Position numbers and translations under genes: made by a program
Part shown: piece by piece, positions 1-11,219 of the stretch
Layout of the letters: every line of letters starts with the position of its first letter
Numbering within the stretch: the first letter of the stretch is position 1
Origin: an uncultured Acidobacteriota bacterium
GTDB lineage: Bacteria > Acidobacteriota > Thermoanaerobaculia > Gp7-AA8
Assembly: GCA_963741955.1 (NCBI GenBank)
Contig: CAVUKB010000007.1
Location: forward strand, 1,216,001-1,280,000
Direction: 5' to 3'
Length of the DNA: 64,000 nucleotides
The notes under the pieces: model-generated
Database searches by the model: none
Told to the model about the DNA's origin: nothing
What the model saw: the letters and a program-made list of their open reading frames with translations, nothing else

Positions 1-1988
1 ACGCGTCGTGGATGACTCGAGACCGCGACGAAAAGGAGAAGTGGATCTCGGCTCTGGCGCGCGAGCTCGTCGCGAATCGAGGTCAGTCACTCGTGGTCGC
101 GGGTGAGCATCAGCCCGAGGTGGTCCACCTCGCCGCGATGGCGATCAATCAGATCCTCGGCAACTTCGGGGAGACCGTCGTCGTTCTTCCCCCGTCGGCG
201 GTCCAGCCGGTCGATCACCTCCAGTCGCTGCGGGAGCTCGCCGCGGACATGGCCGCCGGAAAGGTCGAGACGCTCTTCATCATCGGCGGCAATCCGGTCT
301 ACGACACCCCCGGCGATCTCGAATTCTCCCGGCTTCTGGAAAAGGTGCGGACACGCGTGCATCTCTCGCTCTACGAGAACGAGACGTCGCTGAAGTGCAA
401 CTGGCTCGTGCCTCGTAAACACTTTCTCGAGGATTGGTCCGACATTCGCGCGTTCGACGGGACCATCTCGATCATCCAGCCTCTCATCGCACCTCTGTAC
501 GAGTCGCGATCGCCCCACGAGCTTCTCTCTCTCATCGCACACGAGCCGGCGCGCACCTCCCACGACATCGTCAAGGAGTCGTGGCGGACTCAGTCCGGCT
601 CGGCCGATTTCGAGACGTTCTGGGAGACCTCGCTCCTCCATGGAGTGGTGGACGGTACCGCGCACGCCGACACCGGTCTCACCCCATCCGTGCCCACCGC
701 CGCGCTCCAGCCTCCCGCAACGAACCGCATCGGAGGACTGGAAGTGGTCTTCCGGCCCGATCCGACGGTCTGGGATGGAGAGTACGCACAGAACTCGTGG
801 CTTCAGGAGCTCCCGAAGCCGATCACGAAGCTCACCTGGGACAACGCGATCCTGATCAGTCCCTCCACCGCGGACCGCTTCGCGCTGCAGAACGAGTGGG
901 TGGTGAAGGTCCGTGCGCGCGGGGCGGAGGTGGCGGGAGCGATCTGGATGGTGCCGGGGATGCCGGACGACACCGTCGTCCTGAATCTCGGCTACGGGCG
1001 CAAGACCGGACACCCCGAGGGAGCGGGAGGCGGCTTCAATGCGTACCTGCTCCGCCCGAGCGATTCGATGCTCTGGGTGGAGGGGGCGGAAATGGTGAAG
1101 GGTGCCGGGAAGTACGCACTCGCGTCGACCCAGCACCATCAGACCATGCAGGGGCGGGACATGCTCCGCCACGCGACGCTCGAGGAGTATCGGAGGGTTC
1201 CCGATTTCGTTCGACGCCCCGACAAGGAGCCTGCTCCGGACGAGACGATGTATCCGCCCTGGCCCTACGACGGCTACAAGTGGGGGATGTCGATCGACCT
1301 GAATACATGTATCGGCTGCGCCGCGTGCGTCATCGCCTGTCAGGCGGAGAACAACATTCCGGTGGTGGGAAAGAAGGAAACGGTCCGGAATCGCGAGATG
1401 CACTGGCTCCGCATCGACCGTTACTACACCGGTATCCTGGAAAAGCCGAAGATCTACTGGGAACCGGTGCCGTGCATGCACTGCGAGAACGCACCGTGCG
1501 AGTACGTCTGTCCGGTCGGCGCGACGGTTCACAGCAGCGACGGCCTCAATCAGATGATCTACAACCGCTGCATCGGAACCCGTTACTGCTCGAACAACTG
1601 TCCATACAAAGTGCGCCGCTTCAACTTCCTCCAATACACCCCGGACGACATTCCGACGTACGCGATGATGGCCAATCCGAACGTCACCGTCCGAAGCCGC
1701 GGGGTGATGGAGAAGTGCAGTTACTGCGTGCAGCGGATCAGTGCCGCTCGCATCCAGGCGGAGAAGGAGATGCGCCGGATCCGCGACGGGGAAGTCACCA
1801 CCGCCTGTCAGGATGCCTGTCCCACACAGGCGATCGTCTTCGGCGACCTCAACGACCGGAGCTCGAAGCTGCGGAAGCTCAAAGCGCTTCCCCGTGACTA
1901 CGGAATCCTCACCGAACTCAATACCCGGCCGCGGACCACGTACCTCGGCAAGATCGAAAATCCCAACCCGGAGATCGAGACGGAGTAG
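1..1988 (+). CDS. actB: Alternative complex III subunit ActB (molybdopterin-oxidoreductase-like + 4Fe-4S domain), 5'-truncated by the window edge
   Basis: Frame is open from the window start. Motifs WLQELPKPITKLTWDN, CIGCAACVIAC, CMHCENAPCEYVCP, CIGTRYCSNNCP, RGVMEKCSYC. Followed by an NrfD-type gene. Confidence 0.93.
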   Translation, partial: ASWMTRDRDEKEKWISALARELVANRGQSLVVAGEHQPEVVHLAAMAINQILGNFGETVVVLPPSAVQPVDHLQSLRELAADMAAGKVETLFIIGGNPVYDTPGDLEFSRLLEKVRTRVHLSLYENETSLKCNWLVPRKHFLEDWSDIRAFDGTISIIQPLIAPLYESRSPHELLSLIAHEPARTSHDIVKESWRTQSGSADFETFWETSLLHGVVDGTAHADTGLTPSVPTAALQPPATNRIGGLEVVFRPDPTVWDGEYAQNSWLQELPKPITKLTWDNAILISPSTADRFALQNEWVVKVRARGAEVAGAIWMVPGMPDDTVVLNLGYGRKTGHPEGAGGGFNAYLLRPSDSMLWVEGAEMVKGAGKYALASTQHHQTMQGRDMLRHATLEEYRRVPDFVRRPDKEPAPDETMYPPWPYDGYKWGMSIDLNTCIGCAACVIACQAENNIPVVGKKETVRNREMHWLRIDRYYTGILEKPKIYWEPVPCMHCENAPCEYVCPVGATVHSSDGLNQMIYNRCIGTRYCSNNCPYKVRRFNFLQYTPDDIPTYAMMANPNVTVRSRGVMEKCSYCVQRISAARIQAEKEMRRIRDGEVTTACQDACPTQAIVFGDLNDRSSKLRKLKALPRDYGILTELNTRPRTTYLGKIENPNPEIETE

Positions 1989-1990
1989 AC

Positions 1991-3376
1991 GTGTCGGAGA
2001 AGAGACAAAGGACCGCATCTTTCGGCCAGCAGGCGCCGGTGATCGACGAGAGCCAGACCTACGAAGAAGTCTCCAGTCTGATCACGAAGATCGTCACCGA
2101 CCGCCCGCAGTCGAAGAAGTGGTGGCTCGGCTTCGCGATCTCGTTCGTCCTGACCATGGTCCTGTTCTGGGGGATCGCGGTTCTCCTCATCAATGGTCCG
2201 GGTATCTGGGGGATCAACATTCCGGTTGCGTGGGGATTCGCGATCACGAATTTCGTCTGGTGGATCGGAATCGGCCACGCCGGAACGCTGATCTCCGCAA
2301 TTCTGCTTCTCCTCCATCAGGAGTGGCGGACCTCGATCAACCGCTTCGCTGAAGCCATGACCCTCTTCGCAGTCGCCTGCGCGGGGCTATGGCCGTTGCT
2401 GCACCTCGGACGTCCCTGGCTCTTCTACTGGATCATTCCCTATCCCGACACCATGAACATGTGGCCGCAGTTCCGGAGTCCTCTGGTGTGGGACTTCTTC
2501 GCCGTCTCCACGTACGCGACGGTGTCGCTGATCTTCTGGTACATGGGAATGGTTCCCGACCTCGCCACGGTGCGTGATCGGGCGACGCGCAAGACTCAGC
2601 GCATCGTGTTCGGCATCATGGCCCTCGGGTGGAGAGGCGCGTCGCGACACTGGCACCGGTACGAAAAGGGATATCTGATTCTCGCCGGCCTCGCCACGCC
2701 GCTCGTTCTTTCCGTCCACAGCGTGGTCAGCTTCGATTTCACCATCGCCATCGTTCCCGGCTGGCATTCGACGATCTTCCCTCCGTACTTCGTCGCCGGG
2801 GCGATCTTTTCCGGATTCGCGATGGTGCTCACACTCTCCATTCCGTTGCGCAAGTTCTACCACCTCGAGAAGGTGCTCACCATCCGGCATCTCGACAACT
2901 CCGCGAAGCTGATGCTCGCCACCGGATTGATCGTCGCGTACGGCTACCTCAACGAGCACTTCCTCGCCTGGTACGGCAACGACAAGTACGACATCTACAT
3001 GGACCTGAACCGGATCGTCGGTCCCTACGCCGCGGGATGGTGGGTGCTCATGTTCTGCAACGTGATCGCTCCTCAGATCCTCTGGTGGAAAAGATTCAGG
3101 CGAAACGTCCCGCTTCTCTTCGTGATCTCGCTGATCGTCAACGTAGGAATGTGGACCGAGCGCTTCGTGATCGTGGTCACCAGTCTGCACCGCGACTACC
3201 TCCCGTCGTCATGGGGGATGTTCTGGCCGACGTTCTGGGACTGGGCGATGCTGATCGGATCGCTCGGATTGTTCACCGCTCTCTTCTTTCTCTTCGTGCG
3301 CTTCCTTCCTCAAAGCTCGATGTCGGAGATGCGGAAGCTCATCGCGGAGAAGAGAGGAATCGTGGAGGAGAGCTGA
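1991..3376 (+). CDS. actC: ActC, NrfD/PsrC-family quinol-binding membrane subunit
   Basis: WGFAITNFVWWIGIGHAGTLISA, WRTSINRFAEAMT, QFRSPLVWD motifs; about 10 TM segments. Confidence 0.95.
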   Translation: MSEKRQRTASFGQQAPVIDESQTYEEVSSLITKIVTDRPQSKKWWLGFAISFVLTMVLFWGIAVLLINGPGIWGINIPVAWGFAITNFVWWIGIGHAGTLISAILLLLHQEWRTSINRFAEAMTLFAVACAGLWPLLHLGRPWLFYWIIPYPDTMNMWPQFRSPLVWDFFAVSTYATVSLIFWYMGMVPDLATVRDRATRKTQRIVFGIMALGWRGASRHWHRYEKGYLILAGLATPLVLSVHSVVSFDFTIAIVPGWHSTIFPPYFVAGAIFSGFAMVLTLSIPLRKFYHLEKVLTIRHLDNSAKLMLATGLIVAYGYLNEHFLAWYGNDKYDIYMDLNRIVGPYAAGWWVLMFCNVIAPQILWWKRFRRNVPLLFVISLIVNVGMWTERFVIVVTSLHRDYLPSSWGMFWPTFWDWAMLIGSLGLFTALFFLFVRFLPQSSMSEMRKLIAEKRGIVEES

Positions 3377-3379
3377 CCG

Positions 3380-3919
3380 ATGGGAACGAAGGAAGGTCTG
3401 TACGGGCTGCTAGCCGAGTTCAACACCGTGGACGGGATCAAAGATGCGGCGTGCGAGACGCATCTCGCCGGGTACCGGAAGTTCGAAGCGTACACGCCGT
3501 TTCCGGTCGAAGGTCTCCCGGAGGCGGTGGGGATGAAGTGGAGCTTCGTGCCGTTCTTCTCGCTCGGAGGAGGGATCACCGGAGGACTGGGCGGATTCTT
3601 CATGTGCTACTACGCGAACATGTACGACTACCCGCTGAACGTGGCGGGGAAGCCGCTCAACAGCTGGCCGTCGTTCATTCCGGTGACGTTCGAGCTCACC
3701 ATACTCGGCGCTGCACTCGCCACAGTACTCGCGGAGCTCCTCCTCAACCGGCTTCCGATGCCGAACCATCCCGTTTTCAACGACCCGCGCTTTCTCCGCG
3801 CCTCCAGCGACCGTTTCTTTCTCTGTGTGGAAGCGGAAGATCCGGAATTCGATCTGAAGAAGACCCGCGAGTTCCTCGAGAAGCTGACCCCTCACGTCGT
3901 GTCGGAGGTGGAGTGGTGA
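3380..3919 (+). CDS. actD: ActD (DUF3341) membrane subunit
   Basis: EAYTPFPVEGL, YPLNVAGKP, FIPVTFELTIL motifs; position in the operon. Confidence 0.93.
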   Translation: MGTKEGLYGLLAEFNTVDGIKDAACETHLAGYRKFEAYTPFPVEGLPEAVGMKWSFVPFFSLGGGITGGLGGFFMCYYANMYDYPLNVAGKPLNSWPSFIPVTFELTILGAALATVLAELLLNRLPMPNHPVFNDPRFLRASSDRFFLCVEAEDPEFDLKKTREFLEKLTPHVVSEVEW

Positions 3920-4494
3920 TGCGCTGGCCCACACTCTTCGCTCTGACCCTGTGCGTTCTCGCGACCGCCGGCTGCGAGCGGTTCATGCACTCGCAGCCGA
4001 AGTTCAGGCCTCTGGAGAAGACCGAGTTCTTCCGCGATCACAACTCGTCGCGGCCGATCGTCGAAGACACCATTCCTCAGGGACACCTGCAGCTCGATCA
4101 GAAGTATCTGACCGGCGAAGCGAACGGCGAGCACGCGATGTCGTTTCCCTTCCCCATCACCATGAAAGTGCTCGAGCAGGGAAGGGATCGCTTCGACATC
4201 TTCTGCGCGCCGTGTCACGGACTGGAGGGTGACGGCAGAGGAATGGTCCCGCGACTCGGATTCAAACAGCCGCCGTCCTATCACACGGATCGTCTCCGCG
4301 CCGCGCCTCCGGGACATTTCGTGCACGTGATGACGTACGGATACGGAGTGATGTTCGACTACCGCGACCGGCTCACTCCGGAGGAGCGCTGGGCGGTGGC
4401 CGCGTACATCCGAGCGCTCCAGCTCTCGCACAACGCGAGGATCACCGACGTCCCGAACGACGAGCGGGGAAGGCTTCTGAAGGGGAGCTCATGA
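3919..4494 (+). CDS. actE: ActE monoheme cytochrome c lipoprotein
   Basis: ATG 3919 overlaps the actD stop. Lipobox-like LATAGC, CAPCH heme motif, RWAVAAYIRALQ. Confidence 0.92.
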   Translation: MRWPTLFALTLCVLATAGCERFMHSQPKFRPLEKTEFFRDHNSSRPIVEDTIPQGHLQLDQKYLTGEANGEHAMSFPFPITMKVLEQGRDRFDIFCAPCHGLEGDGRGMVPRLGFKQPPSYHTDRLRAAPPGHFVHVMTYGYGVMFDYRDRLTPEERWAVAAYIRALQLSHNARITDVPNDERGRLLKGSS

Positions 4495-5648
4495 TCGAGA
4501 TCGAAGGGACGGTGAGATTCCAGCGACGGGCGGCGCTCTTCGGAGCGATCGCGCTCGCGGCTTCGATCGTCTGGGGATTCTTCCGCCCGGATCAGTTCTT
4601 CCAGGCCTGGCTGGTGGGATACATCTACTGGCTGGGGATCTCCCTCGGAAGCCTCTCGCTGCTGATGGTCTACTACCTCACCGGAGGAATGTGGGGCTAC
4701 GTCCCACGCCGTCCGCTGGAGGCAGCGGCGAACACCCTTCCTCTGATGGTGGTCTATTGCATCCCGGTGATGATCGGGATGCACTATCTCTATCCCTGGT
4801 CCCGCCCCGGTGCGCTGCTCGATCCCGACATCAAACACCAGTATCCGTATCTCAACATCCCGTTCTTCGTCATCCGCGCGATTTTCTATTTCGCCATCTG
4901 GATTCTGCTGGCGTGGTGGTATCGGCGGAAGTCGGCGCTGCAGGACGAGACTGCAGACGAATCGATCCAGATGCGGCTCTTTCAGGTCAGCGGCCCGGCC
5001 CTGGTCGTCTATTGCGTTCTGACGACGTTCGCGGGATGGGACTGGATCATGTCGATCGCGCCGAAATGGCACTCCACGATCTTCGGAATGGTGGTGATCG
5101 TCAATCAGGGCCTCTCTGCCATGGCCTTCGCCGTCGCAATCACGTTCTGGCTCTGGAAGCGCCCGGAGATCCGGCGTTACGCCAACGCGGAAGTCTTCCA
5201 CGACATGGGGAACATGCTCCTGATGTTCATCATGTTCTGGGCCTACGTCGTATTCTCCCAGTTCCTGATCATCTGGTCCGGCAATCTCAAATCCGAGATC
5301 GCATGGTATCTCCCCCGATACAAGACGAACTGGATCGGCATCGGCCTCTTCATCGTCCTCTTCTACTTCTTCATCCCGTTTCTCTTTCTCCTCTTCCGCT
5401 GGGTCAAGAGCGGTCGCGGATTCATCATCGGAATCGCCGGAGCGCTTCTCTTCGTGCGATTGATCGACGTGATCTGGACGATCGAGCCGAACTTCCATCC
5501 CACCGGCCTCTCCATCTCGTGGATGGACATTCTCGTCCCCGTCGGGATGGGCGCGTTCTGGATGGTCTGGTTCCTCTGGGAACTGAAGAAGCTTCCTCTC
5601 CTGGCGCTGCACGACGCGAGGATCGAACGGATCGAGGAGCGTGCCTGA
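4491..5648 (+). CDS. actF: ActF, ActC-paralogous membrane subunit
   Basis: Polytopic; DWIMSIAPKWHSTIFG, FSQFLIIWSGNL motifs; position in the operon. Confidence 0.92.
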   Translation: MIEIEGTVRFQRRAALFGAIALAASIVWGFFRPDQFFQAWLVGYIYWLGISLGSLSLLMVYYLTGGMWGYVPRRPLEAAANTLPLMVVYCIPVMIGMHYLYPWSRPGALLDPDIKHQYPYLNIPFFVIRAIFYFAIWILLAWWYRRKSALQDETADESIQMRLFQVSGPALVVYCVLTTFAGWDWIMSIAPKWHSTIFGMVVIVNQGLSAMAFAVAITFWLWKRPEIRRYANAEVFHDMGNMLLMFIMFWAYVVFSQFLIIWSGNLKSEIAWYLPRYKTNWIGIGLFIVLFYFFIPFLFLLFRWVKSGRGFIIGIAGALLFVRLIDVIWTIEPNFHPTGLSISWMDILVPVGMGAFWMVWFLWELKKLPLLALHDARIERIEERA

Positions 5649-6324
5649 CGTGAGCGAGCGCGAACGAAAGGATCGGAACAGCGTCAGCGCCTGGTGGGCC
5701 GTGGTGGGCGCGCTGGTCGCAGAGCGTGTCGGAAAAGCGTTCCGCCGCCGGCGCGAACGTGCGTCTCGAACCGAAAGGATTCACGGCGAGGCGGAGACGG
5801 TGGAGAAGAAGCCTCAGCACGCCCACGAGACGAGCGATGCGAATCCGAAGGGCCTCTTCATCTTCGTGATCTGCGCCCTTGCCGCTCTCTCCGGCATCGT
5901 CTTCATTCCGCAGGCGGTGATGAACTACCTCGAGCATCACGACAGGGAAGGGACGATTCAGGAACGTATCAAACCGAGAGGACCACTTCCTCCGGAGCCG
6001 CGCCTGACGAACGAGCCGGCCCTGAAGTGGGAAGCGGTGCGAGGCGAGGCGGTTCACGATCTCGTCACGTATGGATGGGTGGACCGCACCAAGGGAGTGG
6101 TCCGCATTCCGATCGAGCGAGCGATGGAGCTGATCGCCGCGGCGGGACCGGACAAGGCGCGGCATTCTCCGCCGCCCGTCCCGATGCCGGTCGCGTCGGA
6201 AGGCGCCGGGGCGACGAGCACCTCGCCGCCGCCGGAGGGGAACGCGGTGCCGGCCGAAACCGTCCCGCACCCGAACCAGCCTCAGACCCTGAATTCCGCG
6301 ACGCTCCACGGAGGGCACCGATGA
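5641..6324 (+). CDS. ActG-like single-TM subunit with Pro-rich tail
   Basis: HETSDAN, one TM, PPEPRL, YGWVDR...VRIPIERAM pattern typical of the gene after actF. Start codon uncertain. Confidence 0.7.
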   Translation: MPDVSERERKDRNSVSAWWAVVGALVAERVGKAFRRRRERASRTERIHGEAETVEKKPQHAHETSDANPKGLFIFVICALAALSGIVFIPQAVMNYLEHHDREGTIQERIKPRGPLPPEPRLTNEPALKWEAVRGEAVHDLVTYGWVDRTKGVVRIPIERAMELIAAAGPDKARHSPPPVPMPVASEGAGATSTSPPPEGNAVPAETVPHPNQPQTLNSATLHGGHR

Positions 6325-7325
6325 CGGCGCTCGCATTCCTTCTGGTCCGGCTCTTTCCCGTCGAAGGTTCGTCGATGGCGTCCCGGGTGGACAGTCTCTA
6401 CTTCTTCCTTCTCGGGCTCTGCGGATTCGTATCTTTCGGCATCTTCGTGATGATCGTCTATTACTCGATCAAGTACCGGGCCGGAGCGAAAGTGGACCGC
6501 TCGAACCCGGTGATGGGATCGTATTTCATCGAGACCTCCTGGGCGGTGATCCCGTTTCTGATCTTCCTCTTCATCTTCGCCTGGGGCGCGAAGATCTACT
6601 TCGACGAAGGGGTCCCTCCGAAGAATGCCTCGCCGATCTACGTCGTGGCGAAACAGTGGATGTGGAAGATCCAGCATCCGAACGGGCGGAGGGAGATCGA
6701 CGAGCTGCACCTCGAGGTGAACCAGCCGGTCCGGCTTCTGATGATCTCCGAGGACGTCATTCACAGCTTTTACGTTCCGCAGTTCAGGCAGAAGCAGGAC
6801 GTCCTGCCGCGACGTTACACCTCTCTCTGGTTCCAACCGACGAAGGTGGGTACTTACGATCTCGAGTGTGCCGAGTACTGCGGCACGAACCATTCCCGGA
6901 TGATCGGCCACGTGGTGGTGATGACCCCCGAGGATTACCAGCGCTGGCTGTCGGGAGAGACGCGGAAGATCGCGGACAACATGCCGATGGTCGAAGCGGG
7001 ACGAGTTCTCTACAACCGCTTCGGCTGCGTGACCTGTCACGAGTCCGGTGGACCGAAGGGACCGAGCCTGGTGGGACTCTCCGGACGCACGGTCCGCCTC
7101 GCGGACGGTCGCACGATCGTTGCAGACGAGAGCTACCTCCGGGAATCGATCCTTCAATCGCACAAGAAAGTGGTGGCCGGCTACGACCCGTTGATGCCGG
7201 TGTTTCAGGGACAGATGAGCGAGACCGAAGTGATGGAGCTCATCGCATTCATCAAATCCATGGAGAAGAGTGAGCCATCTGATGTCGTCCATCAGCGTGA
7301 ACGCGCCCAAAGCCCGAACGACTGA
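6321..7325 (+). CDS. coxB: Cytochrome c oxidase subunit II with fused cytochrome c (caa3 type)
   Basis: ATG 6321. DVIHSF and [12 protein letters not shown] CuA ligands; C-terminal CVTCH heme motif. Confidence 0.95.
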   Translation: MTALAFLLVRLFPVEGSSMASRVDSLYFFLLGLCGFVSFGIFVMIVYYSIKYRAGAKVDRSNPVMGSYFIETSWAVIPFLIFLFIFAWGAKIYFDEGVPPKNASPIYVVAKQWMWKIQHPNGRREIDELHLEVNQPVRLLMISEDVIHSFYVPQFRQKQDVLPRRYTSLWFQPTKVGTYDLECAEYCGTNHSRMIGHVVVMTPEDYQRWLSGETRKIADNMPMVEAGRVLYNRFGCVTCHESGGPKGPSLVGLSGRTVRLADGRTIVADESYLRESILQSHKKVVAGYDPLMPVFQGQMSETEVMELIAFIKSMEKSEPSDVVHQRERAQSPND

Positions 7326-8940
7326 CCTCGTTCAGGATCTGAGGGAACCGAACTATCTCACCGAGAGCCACGGCGTCCGGTCGTGGCTGCTGACGACCGA
7401 TCACAAGCGGATCGCGTGGCTCTACCTCGTCGCCATCACCTTCTTCTTCGTGATCGGAGGCATCGCGGCCCTCCTCATGCGGCTCGAGCTCCTCACCCCG
7501 CAGGGAGATCTGGTCACCGCATCGACGTACAACCGGCTCTTCTCGATCCACGGAATCATCATGGTCTGGTTCTTCCTGATTCCCTCCATTCCGGCGGTGA
7601 TCGGGAACTTCGTCATTCCGATCATGATCGGCGCTCGCGACGTCGCGTTCCCGAAGCTCAATCTTCTCTCCTGGTACATCTTCGTGATCGGTGGGATCTT
7701 CACCATCGTCACCGTGATCGGCGGGGGAGTGGATACCGGGTGGACGTTCTACACGCCATACAGCAGTACCTACTCCAACAGCAACGTCATGCTCGCCGCG
7801 ATCGGCGTCTTCATCACCGGCTTCTCGTCGATCCTCACCGCGCTCAATTTCATCGTCACCATCCACAAGATGCGGGCGCCGGGCCTCACCTGGTTCCGTC
7901 TTCCGCTCTTCATCTGGTCGATGTATGCGACGAGCCTGATCCTCGTGCTCGCCACGCCCGTGCTCGCGGTGACGCTCACCATGCTGATCCTCGAGAGGTT
8001 CTTCAGCATAGGATTCTTCGACCCGAAACTCGGAGGGGATCCTCTCCTTTTCCAGCACCTCTTCTGGTTCTATTCACATCCGGCGGTCTACATCATGCTG
8101 CTGCCGTCGATGGGCGTGGTCAGCGAGATCATTCCCTGCTTCGCGAGGCGGCGCATCTTCGGCTACAAGTTCATCGCTTTCTCCAGTCTCGCCATCGCAT
8201 TCCTCGGCTTTCTGGTCTGGGGACATCACATGTTCGTCAGCGGCCAGTCGATCTATGCCGGGATGATCTTTTCGCTGCTCAGTTTCGCCGTCGCAGTTCC
8301 ATCGGCCATCAAGGTCTTCAATTGGACCGCCACTCTGCGAAAGGGGAGCATCCATTTCGACACGCCAATGCTCTACATGCTCGGGTTCATCGGCCTCTTC
8401 ACCGTCGGCGGGATGACCGGGCTCTTTCTCGCCGCGCTCGGCATCGACGTCCACGTCACCGACACGTACTTCGTGGTCGCTCACTTCCACTACATCATGG
8501 TCGGCGGATCGGTGATGGGATACCTCGGCGCGATCCACTTCTGGTGGCCGAAGATGACCGGGAAGAAGTATCCCGAGATGTGGGGACGCGTCTCCGCGCT
8601 GATCGTCTTCGCCGGGTTCAATCTGACGTTCTTTCCGCAGTTCCTCCTCGGCTATGCCGGGATGCCGCGCCGGTACTACTCGTACGCGCCGGAGTTCCAG
8701 ATGCTCCACGTTCTCTCGACTGCGGGAGCTTCGATTCTCGGGCTCGGGTATCTCTTGCCGCTGCTCTATCTCGCGTGGGCCGCGAAGTACGGCGAGCCGG
8801 CAGGACCGAATCCCTGGAACGCGACAGGACTGGAATGGACCACTCCTTCGCCGCCGCCGAAACACAATCATCCGGTGACTCCCGTCGTGCGCGAGGGGCC
8901 GTACCACTATGCGGACGGAGCGGAGGTGCAGAGTGTCTGA
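7282..8940 (+). CDS. coxA: Cytochrome c oxidase subunit I, A2 subtype
   Basis: [18 protein letters not shown] (YS motif of A2 enzymes), VWGHHM, AHFHY. Start is ATG 7282 or GTG 7270. Confidence 0.96.
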   Translation: MSSISVNAPKARTTDLVQDLREPNYLTESHGVRSWLLTTDHKRIAWLYLVAITFFFVIGGIAALLMRLELLTPQGDLVTASTYNRLFSIHGIIMVWFFLIPSIPAVIGNFVIPIMIGARDVAFPKLNLLSWYIFVIGGIFTIVTVIGGGVDTGWTFYTPYSSTYSNSNVMLAAIGVFITGFSSILTALNFIVTIHKMRAPGLTWFRLPLFIWSMYATSLILVLATPVLAVTLTMLILERFFSIGFFDPKLGGDPLLFQHLFWFYSHPAVYIMLLPSMGVVSEIIPCFARRRIFGYKFIAFSSLAIAFLGFLVWGHHMFVSGQSIYAGMIFSLLSFAVAVPSAIKVFNWTATLRKGSIHFDTPMLYMLGFIGLFTVGGMTGLFLAALGIDVHVTDTYFVVAHFHYIMVGGSVMGYLGAIHFWWPKMTGKKYPEMWGRVSALIVFAGFNLTFFPQFLLGYAGMPRRYYSYAPEFQMLHVLSTAGASILGLGYLLPLLYLAWAAKYGEPAGPNPWNATGLEWTTPSPPPKHNHPVTPVVREGPYHYADGAEVQSV

Positions 8941-9589
8941 GTCGGCATCGGTCGTAGCCGAGCAGTTCGACGACCTCGAACAGCAACGCGACGTGGCGCG
9001 CTTCGGGATGTGGGTCTTCCTGGTCACGGAAGTGCTCTTCTTCGGTGGCGCGATCACGTCGTACTGGGTCTACCGTCTCCTCTATCCGCACGCATGGCTG
9101 ATCGGAAGCTCGAAGCTGATGATCTACTGGATCGGGACGGTGAACACCGCTCTCCTTCTGATCAGCAGCTTCACCATGGCGCTCTCGGTCCATGAAGCAA
9201 AGGAGGGACGCCGGTGGCGTCTGGTGCTCTTTCTGATCACCACCATGATTCTGGGTCTCGCCTTCCTCGGACTGAAGTTCTACGAATACCACCTTCATTT
9301 CGCCGACGGGCTGGTGCCCGGGCCGAAGTTCTCCTACATCGGACCGGAACGGAGCCACGTGGAGCTCTTCTTCTCGTTCTACTACCTGATGACCGGGATG
9401 CATGCGCTGCACATGACGATCGGGATTCTCCTCCTCCTGGTGATGATCCTTTTCGCGCTCTCGGGAAAGATCACCAGCCGCTGGCATTCGCCGATCGTGA
9501 TCGTGGGGCTCTACTGGCATTTCGTCGACATCGTCTGGATCTTTCTCTACCCGTTCTTCTATCTGGTCGGAAGCAAGGGGGGCTCATGA
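8933..9589 (+). CDS. coxC: Cytochrome c oxidase subunit III
   Basis: [35 protein letters not shown]; GTG 8933. Confidence 0.94.
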   Translation: MSESASVVAEQFDDLEQQRDVARFGMWVFLVTEVLFFGGAITSYWVYRLLYPHAWLIGSSKLMIYWIGTVNTALLLISSFTMALSVHEAKEGRRWRLVLFLITTMILGLAFLGLKFYEYHLHFADGLVPGPKFSYIGPERSHVELFFSFYYLMTGMHALHMTIGILLLLVMILFALSGKITSRWHSPIVIVGLYWHFVDIVWIFLYPFFYLVGSKGGS

Positions 9590-9882
9590 GCGAAGAAGTC
9601 ATCTCGCGAAAGACGTACGCCTGGGTCACCGTCGCACTCCTCATACTCCTCGGCGCGACGGCGGGCGCAGTGTGGATTCACATGGGACGCTTCAATACCG
9701 TCGTGGCGATCGGAATCGCGGTCATCAAGGCGCTGCTGGTGGTCACGTTCTTCATGGAGCTGAAGGTGAGTCCGAAACTCCTCTGGGTGGTGGCGATCGC
9801 CGGGGTGTTCTGGCTCACGATCATGTTCGGCCTCTTCTATGCAGACTACCTGACCCGCATCCCGATCATCCTCGGAGGGTGA
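9586..9882 (+). CDS. coxD: Cytochrome c oxidase subunit IV
   Basis: ATG 9586 overlaps the coxC stop; 3 TM, IKALLVVTFFMELK, DYLTR. Confidence 0.9.
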   Translation: MSEEVISRKTYAWVTVALLILLGATAGAVWIHMGRFNTVVAIGIAVIKALLVVTFFMELKVSPKLLWVVAIAGVFWLTIMFGLFYADYLTRIPIILGG

Positions 9883-9885
9883 TCG

Positions 9886-10290
9886 CACCCTCTCCCCGTC
9901 CGGGTCACCGGTCCCCTCGTGGTCGAAGTTTCAAGGACCGCCGGCCGCTCTCACGCGCCGCACGGACAGGTTGCGCCGCTCGTTCCGATCATCCATGCTC
10001 CAAAACTCTGGTACCTCGTTCCCACGAAGCGCGACTCATTCCTACTCGCGCAACCTCCTCAGCGCCGTAGGCGCGATTGACAGTAGCCCAGGGTGAAGGC
10101 GCTCCGCGCCGAAACCCTGGGAGGACGGACGCCACGACAATGACTGTTGTGCCTTGCCGAAATTCCGGCGGGCGCGACGCGTGCCCGCGATGCCGAAGAC
10201 ATCGCGTTGAACAAACGTTCTGCACGCGGCGTGACCGCCGAGGGCACGCGCCGGAATCGAAGTCCATCGTGGCCGAAGTTTCCCCCGATT
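9886..10290. repeat. Repeat family A copy 1 (~360-bp REP-like modular unit)
   Basis: Core GCGCCGTAGGCGCGATTGACAGTAGCCCAGGGTGAAGGCGCTCCGCGCCGAAACCCTGGGAGGACGGACGCCACGACAA recurs at ~11273, ~12238 and ~12588. Confidence 0.9.
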
Positions 10291-10375
10291 CCGCGGCCCG
10301 TTTTGGAGCGTCCATGCGTCAGTCTTTGTCCGTTGGGACATCGAGCGTAGAACGGACGACCGGACGGCTAAAGCA

Positions 10376-10774
10376 TCACGAGTCGGTGAGAAGACGTTTG
10401 ATTCGTCTGACGAACTGTTCGGACTCTGCGACCAGGAGCTCAACCTCTTCCCTTTCGAACGACGAGAGAGCGAGGTAATCGGCTGCCTGCCGACGGTCGA
10501 ACAGAAGATCGAACGTCCTTCCCCATTTCGGTTCGAGCAGACCGGCCTTGACCAATTCCCGATGCACTGCAGCTCGCAATCAGGAATGTTTGACGAACTG
10601 ATGTCCCATCTGGAGGAGCACGGCGCTCGCAGAATAGAAGCATGCGTAATACGAACGGTTGACCGCGAACTCGAGTCGGCCGGCGTTCATCTCAGAGGTC
10701 GCCGACGCGATAGCCTGTTCCGCCCTGGAGATCCACTGAGACACGACTTCTGTGCGTGCCGGATCTTCCGTCAC
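10376..10774 (-). pseudogene. HEPN-domain toxin interrupted by an in-frame TGA (10580-10582)
   Basis: GTG 10774 overlaps the MNT stop. Reads AVNRSYYACFYSASAVL...KHS*LRAAVHRE...FDRRQAADY in one frame. Confidence 0.85.
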
Positions 10775-11115
10775 GCGGCGACCCCATCCTTTTCGATCTC
10801 GCGCCGAATCGGAAGAACTGCGTACGGCCCATGCAGCCAGTCCTCGCGCGAGACGATGACCGTGCTGATCACGACTTCGTGTTTCATTTCGAGGTCGAAC
10901 AACGCTTCGATCACCGAACGGTGCTCTCGCCACGAAAGTGAGCGCGAAGTCACCAACAGAAGATCGATGTCTGACTCGGGGTCGTCCGTCCCTCTGGCCT
11001 CTGAACCGAAGAGCACGATCTCCGCGACCGGGAATCGCTCCCGCAGCAGCGCGGCGGCGTCGCTGATGGCGCGGCGATCGCCCGCGGAAAGCTCGATCTG
11101 GTCGATCGATCTCAT
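10771..11115 (-). CDS. Minimal nucleotidyltransferase (MNT antitoxin)
   Basis: LFGSEARG...ESDIDLL motif; about 114 aa; coupled to the HEPN gene. Confidence 0.9.
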   Translation of the reverse strand: MRSIDQIELSAGDRRAISDAAALLRERFPVAEIVLFGSEARGTDDPESDIDLLLVTSRSLSWREHRSVIEALFDLEMKHEVVISTVIVSREDWLHGPYAVLPIRREIEKDGVAA

Positions 11116-11219
11116 GACTCGATTGTACTCCGAAGTGTCGCCTGGAGCCGGGTTGGTGCGACTCGGGGAGCTACTCGGAACGGGCCCGGCGCACCTCTTC
11201 ATGCGGGGCCCTGACGATA

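Noticed and set aside
10580-10582. TGA recoding (Sec or alternative genetic code) in the HEPN gene
   Set aside because: TGA is the normal stop of many genes here, the position is not a Cys site, and no SECIS was recognised.
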